The notes beneath the pieces are model-generated. The model was not told the origin of the DNA. It saw only the letters and a list, made by a program, of their open reading frames with translations, and searched no databases. A program made the position numbers and the translations under genes. Shown here piece by piece: positions 1 to 7,787 of a stretch of 43,470 nucleotides of DNA (position 1 is its first letter; each line of letters opens with the position of its first letter). This DNA is from a virus. The DNA lies in IMG/VR virus record IMGVR_UViG_3300032883_000247, positions 1 through 43,470 of that record; one strand, 5' to 3'.

Positions 1-123
1 ACTCTCCCGTTTGCCTAAATAACGAGATGGTTTTTCTGCCATCTTGGTAGGAGGAAAATTATGGATTTGAGAGAAAACGCGGCCACGTTGCTGGCCAAGG
101 TTGGCGGGATCAACGCGAAGTCG
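1..123. repeat. Terminal direct repeat, copy 1 (identical to 43348-43470); most likely a circularisation overlap or terminal redundancy
   Basis: The first 123 nt (actctcccgtttgcc...caacgcgaagtcg) recur exactly as the last 123 nt. The repeat covers the 3' end of CDS 43083-43397 and the RBS plus start of CDS 61-444. Confidence 0.95.
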
Positions 124-444
124 ATCGCCGCCACGCCTCTGATCACTGTTCCCGTGGGGAAATCGATGATCGTCACCGAGATCGTGATCCGCGTCACGGC
201 GTGGGCCGGCGCCGGAGCGGCGGCCACGGTCGGGTTCGGCCAACCCGCCGCCTATACGGACTATCTCGCGGCGGCCGCTCAAGTGGTGGCCACTGGAGTG
301 ACGAATGTCTGGACAAACAAAGCGGCCGTCAAATCGATGCTCGTCGCCTATGCGGCGGGGATCGTTTTCGGGGCTAACGTGACGGTCGGCTCGGCGGCCA
401 CGACGGAGACTTGGGAAATCTCGGTTTTCGGATTCCTCGTCTGA
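61..444 (+). CDS. hypothetical protein at the tail-distal end of the structural module (Ala/Gly/Val/Thr-rich)
   Basis: ATG preceded by taGGAGGaaaatt. 127-aa ORF with no family recognised by eye. Its stop overlaps the next start (TGATG). Confidence 0.7.
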   Translation: MDLRENAATLLAKVGGINAKSIAATPLITVPVGKSMIVTEIVIRVTAWAGAGAAATVGFGQPAAYTDYLAAAAQVVATGVTNVWTNKAAVKSMLVAYAAGIVFGANVTVGSAATTETWEISVFGFLV

Positions 445-1817
445 TGAGCGCGCGCCGATCGATCGTTCTTTTTTTGATCCTCGGCCTCGCGCTCCTCACT
501 CTCGCCTGCCCTCCGAAACCACCTACCCCCAAGGTATGGGTGAGCGTGTGTAATGCCTTTCCGGATACGCCGGCCTCCGAGGCGAGGATCGCCAACCCCT
601 TCTGTCCGGCGACACATGACGCGCAGTACGTGAAGGGCGCGGAGCCGAAGGAGCTCTGCACGCTCCACAAAGCACCTCCCGTGATCCCGACGACGGCCTA
701 TCCGAGGCCGGAGGTTCATTTCCTCGTGGCCGCGAACTATACGTATTATTCCGGGCTCGTCCTCACGCCGGCCGTGATCCCCGAGGATCGCCTCCGCGCG
801 CTCTACGATCGGATGGCCACGAGCGGGATGCCGAACGGCGCCCGGGAGTTTGCCGCGATCGCCTGCAACGAGTGGGTCGGCCTTTATCGGGATCCGTTCA
901 TCAAGGAGGCGGGGAAATGGGATCTGGATCGACCTTCCGAGGAATACTGGAATCAGGTCGTGGGCCGGCTCGAGGCCGCCGCCGCGAGGAAACTCACGAC
1001 GATCGTCGCGCTCGTCGATAACTGCTCGACGTATGCCGGCTCAACATGGGAGGTGAACCCCTGGAACGGCCGCCTCAACGTGAACGGCACGACAACGGAG
1101 GCGGCTCGGTTCTACGATGATCCGCCTACGGTGGCGGCCTTCCTCCGGTGGGTCGATACGTTCGTTGATCGGACAAAACACGTCCTGCCCTATATCATCT
1201 ACGAGACGGCGAACGAGGGCGGGAATTTCGCGTGGCATCGCTCGGTGATCTCGCACCTCCTCACGCTCGGCGTGCCGCTCGATAATATCCAGATCGAGTG
1301 GTGGGACTCCTCGGAGTATTGGGAACTGCTCTCCGCAGATCTCCAATCGAAAGGGCTCGCGGCGACGCATTGTATCGGCTCGGAGCGATCCGTCGATTGG
1401 TATCGAGGCGGGGCGAAACACGACTACCTCCTCCCTGCAGGGGATTATCCCTCCTCCGATGGGCCGGACTTCTACGGCGAGGCGAAGGGCCTCAAAGGGA
1501 AGGACTGGCCGGATCAGGCAAAGAGGCCGTCGAACGCTCAACAAACCTACATCGTGGCCACGATCCGCTCGCTCGGAGGCCGGGGGTTCGAGCACCTCTC
1601 CGCCGTGCCGATGATCAATCAGGGTCTGCCCTCGCTCGACGATGCGCTCTCCGCGATCGGCGATGACGAGCGCGCCGCGCTCCTCGCGGGATATCTCGCC
1701 GGCGCGTCTCTCGCTCCGCTCGCGATCGCCGCTCCCGCCGCGCCCTTTAAATCTCCGGCCGCGCCGCGCGTCGTGGCCTTTAAATCTCTCGCGTCGTTGC
1801 GCGGGAAAAAGCGGTAA
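444..1817 (+). CDS. putative secreted lipoprotein with clan GH-A-like (TIM-barrel glycoside hydrolase) features
   Basis: ATG at 444 overlaps the upstream stop. The N-terminus MSARRSIVLFLILGLALLTLAC has a basic n-region, a hydrophobic core and a lipobox-like LTLAC. YIIYETANEGG resembles the Asn-Glu acid/base motif of GH5-type enzymes. The ORF-track frame extends upstream to TTG 411. Confidence 0.6.
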   Translation: MSARRSIVLFLILGLALLTLACPPKPPTPKVWVSVCNAFPDTPASEARIANPFCPATHDAQYVKGAEPKELCTLHKAPPVIPTTAYPRPEVHFLVAANYTYYSGLVLTPAVIPEDRLRALYDRMATSGMPNGAREFAAIACNEWVGLYRDPFIKEAGKWDLDRPSEEYWNQVVGRLEAAAARKLTTIVALVDNCSTYAGSTWEVNPWNGRLNVNGTTTEAARFYDDPPTVAAFLRWVDTFVDRTKHVLPYIIYETANEGGNFAWHRSVISHLLTLGVPLDNIQIEWWDSSEYWELLSADLQSKGLAATHCIGSERSVDWYRGGAKHDYLLPAGDYPSSDGPDFYGEAKGLKGKDWPDQAKRPSNAQQTYIVATIRSLGGRGFEHLSAVPMINQGLPSLDDALSAIGDDERAALLAGYLAGASLAPLAIAAPAAPFKSPAAPRVVAFKSLASLRGKKR

Positions 1818-1846
1818 ATCCGACCGTTTTTTTGAAGGCAGATTTG

Positions 1847-1866
1847 AAAATACTTTAAAATACTTT
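1847..1866. repeat. perfect tandem 10-mer (aaaatacttt x2) in an intergenic region
   Basis: Read directly: gAAAATACTTTAAAATACTTTtgcc. It lies between the lipoprotein gene stop and the early promoter. Confidence 0.8.
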
Positions 1867-1944
1867 TGCCTCCCGTAACCCTCGAACTGTCTCTCGGTTA
1901 AACGGCCGTTTTTTTCGTTTCCAAAAAAATACCCTCTCTAAAAT

Positions 1945-1973
1945 TTGACATATCAAAGTTTTTGCGCTATCTT
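1945..1973 (+). promoter_or_regulatory. sigma70-like early promoter candidate (TTGACA-17 nt-TATCTT)
   Basis: TTGACA at 1945-1950, a 17-nt spacer and TATCTT at 1968-1973. It sits in an AT-rich 198-nt gap upstream of the first early ORF. Confidence 0.5.
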
Positions 1974-2015
1974 ATGGGCATGAAAAATCAAATTGAAGGA
2001 AAAGGAGAAAACGCT

Positions 2016-2240
2016 ATGACGGAACAGGAACGGAAAATGCTCGCGGTGAGCCGCCGCCACATCGCGGCGATCCGCGCGCGCAAGGTCGAGGAGCGGCGCG
2101 AGGCCGATCCGAAACACGGAAACGGCGACGCTCCCTCCGGATGGACGCCGGCAGAGTTGGGAGAGAGATCGGCGGCGAGAGAAAACGATCCCCAGGAAAT
2201 CGCCGCCCAGGATATCGAGGACATCCTCGATCGTCGATGA
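2016..2240 (+). CDS. hypothetical early protein
   Basis: ATG 2016 is preceded by aaAGGAGaaaacgct. Alternative in-frame starts at 1981 or 1974 would be near-leaderless relative to the predicted promoter. The stop overlaps the next start (ATGA). Confidence 0.65.
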   Translation: MTEQERKMLAVSRRHIAAIRARKVEERREADPKHGNGDAPSGWTPAELGERSAARENDPQEIAAQDIEDILDRR

Positions 2241-2527
2241 GGGCTAAGATGGCACGCTATATCGTTCATTTCTTCGGGGTTGATCGAGGCCACGAGGCCC
2301 AGGAATACTCCGCCGCCGAGTTGGAGGAGGCCGTGCGGCCGATGGTCGAGCCGATGAATTATCGGAGGTTTCTCGCGCTCCTTCCCGCCGCCTCGCATCA
2401 GTGCTCCTACTACAAGACCGAGAAACTCGCTCCCCACTATCCGTGGGCCGGAGTCCAGAATCTCGTCAAACCCTCTAAGACGCGACGGGTTTTTCGCGGG
2501 ACGATCATCGTTCACCGAATCGATTAA
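2237..2527 (+). CDS. hypothetical early protein
   Basis: ATG 2237 overlaps the upstream TGA (ATGA coupling). Product starts MRAKMARYIVHFFGV... Confidence 0.65.
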   Translation: MRAKMARYIVHFFGVDRGHEAQEYSAAELEEAVRPMVEPMNYRRFLALLPAASHQCSYYKTEKLAPHYPWAGVQNLVKPSKTRRVFRGTIIVHRID

Positions 2528-2548
2528 TCTCTCTAAGGAGGAGATATT

Positions 2549-2953
2549 ATGGGCATCCAAGTTCTCGTTTCCACGAAGGAAACACAGGGTCAGAAGAAGG
2601 GCGATTTCTCTCACGCTACGGAGGGAGAGATCGTCGTCTTCGGTTTCGAATGCGAGGGCGAGTCGATCGACGGCGGGTGCGGATGCCGCCGCTCGCTCAC
2701 GGGCGTGAAGACGCTCCTCGGGACGACCACGTTCAAGGTCGTGCAGATCCCGAACCTCTCGATCGCCGGCCTCACGTGCCTCGTCTTCGATTCGCTCCTC
2801 CGGAGCGGATACAAATCCAAGAAGATCCCGATCGAGAAAACCTACAAAATCGCCTCGGAGGACGCCGGCCAACTCGCGCGGATCGCCGCCTCCTACCCGC
2901 TCGGCTCGGTTCTCGAGCGGCGCGGCGAGAAGATCATCCGGAGGCAGTGGTGA
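2549..2953 (+). CDS. hypothetical early protein with a Cys cluster (ECEGESIDGGCGCRRS)
   Basis: ATG preceded by taAGGAGGagatatt. 134-aa ORF. Confidence 0.75.
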   Translation: MGIQVLVSTKETQGQKKGDFSHATEGEIVVFGFECEGESIDGGCGCRRSLTGVKTLLGTTTFKVVQIPNLSIAGLTCLVFDSLLRSGYKSKKIPIEKTYKIASEDAGQLARIAASYPLGSVLERRGEKIIRRQW

Positions 2954-2976
2954 AAACCGCTCGGAGGCAAGGCAAG

Positions 2977-3114
2977 ATGAAGGCCGTCGCTCTCTCGTTC
3001 GCTCGGGAGATCGAGTACGAGGCCGAGATACGAGCGGCTCGGAGGGAGGGCCGGCGCGGAGGGCTCTCCCGCGTTCTGATCGTTCAGTTTTTCCGCGAGA
3101 GGAGGGCCGTATGA
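2977..3114 (+). CDS. small hypothetical protein (45 aa); start uncertain (GTG 2947/2950 also in frame)
   Basis: GGAGG lies 9 nt upstream of ATG 2977. The stop overlaps the next gene's ATG (ATGA), and the ORF fills an otherwise unexplained 157-nt gap in a tightly packed operon. Confidence 0.45.
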   Translation: MKAVALSFAREIEYEAEIRAARREGRRGGLSRVLIVQFFRERRAV

Positions 3115-3323
3115 GGGTCAACGTATCGGGAGAGCAGGTCGTGATCACGATCGAAAAATCCGACGATATCACGATGGCTCTTTCTCTTAACAAGGAAAAG
3201 GAGGAGGCAACGCTCTGCCTCTCGCTCCGCGACCTCTGCCGCTTGGGCGATCTCGCTCAAAACGTGCGGCGTATGGTCGTGGAGGTCACGGGCGAATTTT
3301 CTCTCTACAAAAGGAGGTCTTGA
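3111..3323 (+). CDS. hypothetical early protein
   Basis: ATG preceded by gAGGAGGgccgt. 70-aa ORF. The stop overlaps the next start (TGATG). Confidence 0.7.
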   Translation: MRVNVSGEQVVITIEKSDDITMALSLNKEKEEATLCLSLRDLCRLGDLAQNVRRMVVEVTGEFSLYKRRS

Positions 3324-4609
3324 TGGAAAAAGCACAACTCGTGAGCCACGTCAACACTCACCTCGTGAGTGAGGCGGTGGTTCGGGCCGAGCCGAGGCCG
3401 GAGTTCACGGACTCCTGGCATCCGTTTGCTCATGGCGACATCATCGATGCCGTGAGCGGCGCGTGCGCCTCGCTCGGATGGAAGGTGGGCCGGAAGGAGT
3501 ACGCCATCCGGCAGGGAGCGGAGATGTTCGGCACGTGGGAGATTGGAAATTTCACAAACGCCGAGATGAACTTCGCGCTCGGATTTCGGAACTCGCTCAA
3601 CAAATACTACGCGGTCGGCCTCTGCGCCGGCGCGTTCGTCTTTGTCTGCGATAACCGAGCGTTCCGAGGCGATTTCGTCGTCTTCCGCAAGCACACGGGC
3701 GCGCTCGAGATCGAGGAGATCACGCTCCTCGCGCAGGAGGCTCTCCTCCAACTGCCGGCGAAATTCGATGCGTTCGTAAAATGGAACTTCGGGCTCAAGG
3801 AGCACGGCCTCTCCGATCGCGAGGCGAGCCTGCTCCTCCTCGCGGCGGCCTCGAAGAAAACGCCGCTCGTGCCGCCGAGCAAGATCCCCGAGTTCCGTGA
3901 GCTCTACTTCGATGCCGGCTCAAAGTACACGCGCACGATGCACGGATTCCACGGGGCGGTGACGGAAATGTTCAAACGTCTGAACCCCGTCGAAGTGCCG
4001 TGGAGATCGAGTCAACTCGTGCGGTTCATCGATTACGAAGCACCCCTCTTGCTCGATCCGCGAGAGACGGGGATCGCCAACTGGAACGAGCCGCTCGCTA
4101 ACCTCCCGATGATCGAGGCGGCGGCCGCCAAGAAGGCGAAGGAGCACGGGGAGGCAAAGAAGGCGATCGAGCGCGTCGCGGCCGATCAGATCAAGGCGCG
4201 CGTGACGGAGAAACTCAAGGCCTCCAAGAAGGCCGAGATCAAAGGGCCGCCTTATCCGATCGTCAAGGTCATCCTCACTCCGGAGGAGAAGAAGAAGGCC
4301 GGCATCCTCGTTCCGGCAGAGAAGATCGTTCGGAGAGGGATGATCAAATCGACCGCTCCGGCCAAGAAGGCGCACGCGGCCGAGCCGCCGATCGCCGAGA
4401 AGAAGGCGAAACGGACGCTCAAGAGGAAGATCTCGGAGAAGATCACGGCCGAGCGCACGGCCAAGAAGGCCGCGCCGGCGAAGGGGCGGAAGGCCAAGAT
4501 CCAAGCGTTCGTAGAGCCCAAGATCGGAGACGTCCTGGGCTACCGCTCGCCGTTCGAGGAACTCAACAAGAAACACGGCGGCGGCGGGGAGGGAGAGCCG
4601 AAGGCGTGA
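3323..4609 (+). CDS. DUF932-like phage/plasmid protein with a C-terminal Lys/Ala-rich, histone-H1-like basic tail
   Basis: The core ...LGFRNSLNKYYAVGLCAGAFVFVCDNRAF... resembles the DUF932 signature (NShDgS...G..vfvCsN). The C-terminal ~130 aa are KKA/AKK-rich. ATG 3323 follows aAGGAGGtct; the track ORF begins one codon earlier at TTG 3320. Confidence 0.65.
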   Translation: MEKAQLVSHVNTHLVSEAVVRAEPRPEFTDSWHPFAHGDIIDAVSGACASLGWKVGRKEYAIRQGAEMFGTWEIGNFTNAEMNFALGFRNSLNKYYAVGLCAGAFVFVCDNRAFRGDFVVFRKHTGALEIEEITLLAQEALLQLPAKFDAFVKWNFGLKEHGLSDREASLLLLAAASKKTPLVPPSKIPEFRELYFDAGSKYTRTMHGFHGAVTEMFKRLNPVEVPWRSSQLVRFIDYEAPLLLDPRETGIANWNEPLANLPMIEAAAAKKAKEHGEAKKAIERVAADQIKARVTEKLKASKKAEIKGPPYPIVKVILTPEEKKKAGILVPAEKIVRRGMIKSTAPAKKAHAAEPPIAEKKAKRTLKRKISEKITAERTAKKAAPAKGRKAKIQAFVEPKIGDVLGYRSPFEELNKKHGGGGEGEPKA

Positions 4610-4624
4610 GAGAGCCGGAGGCGC

Positions 4625-4658
4625 GGGAGGCGGGGCGATCCTCGCCTCCCTTTTTTTT
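4625..4658 (+). terminator. rho-independent terminator closing the early operon
   Basis: GGGAGGCG (4625-4632) pairs with CGCCTCCC (4643-4650) across a 10-nt loop and is followed by T8 (4651-4658). It lies 16 nt after the stop at 4609. Confidence 0.85.
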
Positions 4659-4678
4659 CGCCTATTTTAAAAAAGGAC

Positions 4679-4707
4679 TTGCTTTTTATTTTTTCGTTGA
4701 TTATAGT
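4679..4707 (+). promoter_or_regulatory. sigma70-like promoter candidate (TTGCTT-17 nt-TATAGT)
   Basis: TTGCTT at 4679-4684, a 17-nt T-rich spacer and TATAGT at 4702-4707. It is in an AT-rich gap just downstream of the terminator and upstream of the HTH gene. Confidence 0.5.
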
Positions 4708-4766
4708 TGGCGGCATGGGGCTTTTATAGTCTATTTTATATATCAAATACGGCCCAAGGAGGCACG

Positions 4767-5075
4767 ATGGACAAGATAACCGATCAGGAGGTCGAACTCC
4801 TCAAAAGCCGCCTCGTAGGTCAAAATTTCAAGAATTTGCTCTCCCACAAGCACGTGACGAAGTACGCCCTCGCTCGCGATTGCAACATTCGTTATCAAAC
4901 GCTCTGCAACTGGCAGGCGAGCCGATATCGGCCGAGCGCGGCCCTCGCGATCCGCGTAGGGCTCTATCTCGGTCTTTTAAAACCGTCTTCATCGCGACTC
5001 CTCGCGCTAAAGGGCGAGATCAGGAAACTCGAGGCCGAGGCATCGCGATTGGAATCAACGCCCGGGAGGAGGTGA
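4767..5075 (+). CDS. XRE/Cro-CI-type helix-turn-helix transcriptional regulator with a C-terminal coiled coil
   Basis: LLSHKHVTKYALARDCNIRYQTLCNWQASRYRPS fits the XRE HTH pattern. ATG is preceded by ccAAGGAGGcacg. Confidence 0.75.
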   Translation: MDKITDQEVELLKSRLVGQNFKNLLSHKHVTKYALARDCNIRYQTLCNWQASRYRPSAALAIRVGLYLGLLKPSSSRLLALKGEIRKLEAEASRLESTPGRR

Positions 5076-5199
5076 GTAGAGGAGAGAGTTCCCCGCCTCT
5101 AGGAGGGCGGGGGAGAAGGAAAAGGGACAATGAAAAAGATGCCTTCATCGTAGGGCGGATGGGGGAGCGTTGTCAAGAGGAAATTTCAAGGGAGGTAAA

Positions 5200-6153
5200 A
5201 TGGACGAAAAAAACGAACAAGGGAAAACCGTCACTCTGCCTCGGCCGGAGGGCGGCGAGATGGGATTGACCGAGATGGATCTGATCGCCGTCCCCCCGGA
5301 GGCGATGCGCCTCGAGCGCGTCGTTGAGCGGACGGAGAAACAGATCGAGGTTTTCAAGAAGATCCGCGTGATCTGCCTCCGGCTCACGAACGAGCGGGAT
5401 TGGCTCTATCAGGGCGACGGGCTCTCGCTCAACGAGACGGGCGCGCAGAAGATGGGGATCGCCTGGGGGATGGATATCAACTGCGACAAAATCGATCTCG
5501 AGTGGGTCTCGGACGATCGGGGCCGCTACTACATCTACACGGCCACAGGCCGAGGATATTCGAAGAAACTCGGCCGGATGATCGAGGATATCGGCACGTG
5601 CTCCTCGAGGGATGATTTCTTCGGGAAGATCGGCAAGGAGTGGAAGAAACTCGAGGACGTCGACATGACGGACGTCAAAAAGAAAGCGGTGACGAACCTC
5701 TACCGCCGCCTCATCACGCGATGCCTCGGGCTCTCCAACGTGACGGAGGCGGAGCTCGCGTCGGCCGGCCTCGATCTCACGAAGATCGAGAAGGTTCTCT
5801 ACGGAGAGGATCGGAAGAAGGCCGAGGCGGAACTCACTCCGGAGCTCCTCGGCAAGCGTGGCGAGATCGAAAAGATCGCTCTGGAGCTCGCTCACGGCGA
5901 TCGCTCGGGAATGAAACCGATCATCAAGGCGGCCTCGACGTGGCAGGACAAGGAGAAAAACGACGTCTTCCGCGAGGACGTGCGCGATATCAAAACCGAG
6001 CGGTGGATTGGGATGACGCTTGATCGAATCAAGGGAACACTCAAGAAGGAAATGCCGGACGTTTTCGCGAAGTTGTATCCCCCCTCTCCCGCCGCGAGCG
6101 CGCCGGCGCAGACGGGGAAGGGATCGGAGAAAAAGGAGGAGCCGAAGAAATGA
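5200..6153 (+). CDS. hypothetical protein; possibly an ssDNA-annealing/recombination protein (ERF/Rad52-like guess, mainly from synteny)
   Basis: ATG preceded by caAGGGAGGtaaa. The segment GRYYIYTATGRGY...DVKKKAVTNLYRRLITRCLGL loosely recalls the ERF core. It lies directly upstream of, and is coupled to, a Cas4-like nuclease. Confidence 0.5.
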   Translation: MDEKNEQGKTVTLPRPEGGEMGLTEMDLIAVPPEAMRLERVVERTEKQIEVFKKIRVICLRLTNERDWLYQGDGLSLNETGAQKMGIAWGMDINCDKIDLEWVSDDRGRYYIYTATGRGYSKKLGRMIEDIGTCSSRDDFFGKIGKEWKKLEDVDMTDVKKKAVTNLYRRLITRCLGLSNVTEAELASAGLDLTKIEKVLYGEDRKKAEAELTPELLGKRGEIEKIALELAHGDRSGMKPIIKAASTWQDKEKNDVFREDVRDIKTERWIGMTLDRIKGTLKKEMPDVFAKLYPPSPAASAPAQTGKGSEKKEEPKK

Positions 6154-7136
6154 ACCCCGCACAACTGATAGAAATCGAGGAGCGGCTAAAGACGCAAATC
6201 GACGTGAACCTCTTGAAGGACACGGGCCATCGGCCGCGCCTCTCGAATTGGGCCGGCGACCTCGGGTTCGCCTGCGATACGTACCAAGTGCTTTGTCGAG
6301 TACGCCCGGATCTCCGGCCGGATACAGATCTCGGGCTCAAAAAGGTCTTCCGCGCCTCCGGACTCCTCGAGACGCCCAATCTCACGCTCATGCAGGAGGC
6401 CGGCCTCCGGATCGTCGAGCAGGCGCGCTCGTATCAGTGGACGGAGAAGAAGATCTCGGGCCGGATCGACGCGAAGATCGCCGTGCCGGAGCTCTCGAAG
6501 CGGCCGATCCCGCTCGAGCATAAGGCTCTCTCTCCGAACTCGTTCCGGACGGTGGCTAAACACAAGGCGGAGGGAATCCCGCTCACGAAGGCGCGCTACA
6601 CGTGGCTCAAAAAATATCCCGGCCAGTTGATGGTCTACGATCTCATGGACGGGGAGGAGTTCGGGACGTGGTTCTTCTTCGAGAAATCCTCCGGCGATTA
6701 TTTCTTCTGGATTCTCCCGCTCGATCTCGCCTACGCGGAGGAGCTCGTGCAGAGAGCCGAGAGGACGAACGAGGCCGTGGAGGCCAACCGGATCCCGGCT
6801 CCCGAGCGGAAGGTGGAGTGCGAGGACTGCGATTTCGAGATGACCCATTGTTTCCCCGGCAAGGATTTCGGCGAGGGCTACGATATCGCGATCGATCGGG
6901 CGGAGCTCAACGAAAAGGCCAAGCGTTTCCTCGAACTCAAACCCATGAAAAAGGAATTCGAGGAGATCGACAGAGAGTTCAAGGAGCTCTACAAGGGGAA
7001 GAATATCCTCCTCGCCGACACGAAGATTTTCTGGAAGGCCTACGAACAATCGCTCCTCGATCTGCCGGAGGATTTGAGGAAAAAGTTCACGAAAAAAGTC
7101 TCGAACTTTAAGATGCACGTGGAGGCATTGAAATGA
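6150..7136 (+). CDS. PD-(D/E)XK nuclease, Cas4/RecB-exonuclease-like, with a Cys cluster
   Basis: GRIDAKI...PLEHKA supplies a D...ExK catalytic motif. An N-terminal Cys (FACDTY) plus a C-terminal CEDCDFEMTHC resemble the Cas4 Fe-S ligand arrangement. ATGA coupling at both ends. Confidence 0.7.
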   Translation: MNPAQLIEIEERLKTQIDVNLLKDTGHRPRLSNWAGDLGFACDTYQVLCRVRPDLRPDTDLGLKKVFRASGLLETPNLTLMQEAGLRIVEQARSYQWTEKKISGRIDAKIAVPELSKRPIPLEHKALSPNSFRTVAKHKAEGIPLTKARYTWLKKYPGQLMVYDLMDGEEFGTWFFFEKSSGDYFFWILPLDLAYAEELVQRAERTNEAVEANRIPAPERKVECEDCDFEMTHCFPGKDFGEGYDIAIDRAELNEKAKRFLELKPMKKEFEEIDREFKELYKGKNILLADTKIFWKAYEQSLLDLPEDLRKKFTKKVSNFKMHVEALK

Positions 7137-7786
7137 AAAAAGAAACGGAAGTCCTGGCTCTCTCGGCTCGCGTTCGAGCCGTCGAGCTCGTGGTGGCCGA
7201 TGGGCCCTCGCTCGCTCTGATGAAGGAGTATCTCACGGAGAACAAGACGATCCAGGGCGAGATCATGGCGTTTTTCAAACCGATCAAACAGAAAACGGAC
7301 GAGGCGCACCGGCAGGCCTGCGCCGATGAGGCGCGATTCCTCCTCCCGCTCCGCGAGGGAGAGAAGGTGGCCAAGACGAAGATTGCCGGCTATATCGACG
7401 CCGAGCGGAGGAAACAGGAGATCGCGGCCGAGATCAAGAGGAAGGCACAGGAGGAGGCGAACCGGCTCGTGGACGAGACGCTCGCCAAGGCCGCGGTGGC
7501 CAAGACGCCGGAGGAGGCCGACCGCCTGATCGATGAGGCGGCCGCGAAGGAGATCGAGATCATCCAGACGGCGCCGCCGCCTCCGGCTCGGCCGTCGACG
7601 GATGGGATCGGGATTCGCGAGGAGTGGCACTACGAGATCACGGACGAGGAGGCGATACCGAAGGAGTGGTGGATGCTCAATCTTGCGGCGATCGCGGAGC
7701 ACGGCCGGAAGAACAAGGAAAAGGCCTCGATCCCGGGCGTCCGGTTCTGGAAGGAGACGGCGATCTCGGGCATGAGGAGAGGATGA
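7133..7786 (+). CDS. hypothetical coiled-coil protein in the recombination module
   Basis: 217-aa ORF coupled to the nuclease gene. The central region is charged and helical (AAEIKRKAQEEANRLVDE...). Confidence 0.7.
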   Translation: MKKETEVLALSARVRAVELVVADGPSLALMKEYLTENKTIQGEIMAFFKPIKQKTDEAHRQACADEARFLLPLREGEKVAKTKIAGYIDAERRKQEIAAEIKRKAQEEANRLVDETLAKAAVAKTPEEADRLIDEAAAKEIEIIQTAPPPPARPSTDGIGIREEWHYEITDEEAIPKEWWMLNLAAIAEHGRKNKEKASIPGVRFWKETAISGMRRG

Positions 7787-7787
7787 G

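Noticed and set aside
1-123. Reading the 123-nt end repeat as a true physical direct terminal repeat (T7-like fixed ends).
   Set aside because: The repeat begins and ends inside coding sequence and spans a gene junction. The terminase looks like a headful type. An assembly overlap of a circular or permuted genome is more parsimonious, though read-terminus data are needed to settle it.
1988-3193. 401-aa ORF on the minus strand. Similar long antisense ORFs occur at 19659-21125, 28207-29517, 21717-22694, 36406-37482, 26544-27140, 32511-33422, 5173-6162 and elsewhere.
   Set aside because: The products are Arg/Glu/Asp/Leu/Pro-rich and low in complexity. They mirror well-supported + strand genes, lack RBS and start context, and are the shadow ORFs expected when stop codons are rare in GC-rich DNA.
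5091-5112. Hairpin CCCCGCC-tctaggag-GGCGGGG downstream of the HTH gene, considered as a terminator.
   Set aside because: No U-tract follows it, and the stem is only 7 bp in a GC-rich context. It could be an operator or an RNA structure, but I cannot support a call.
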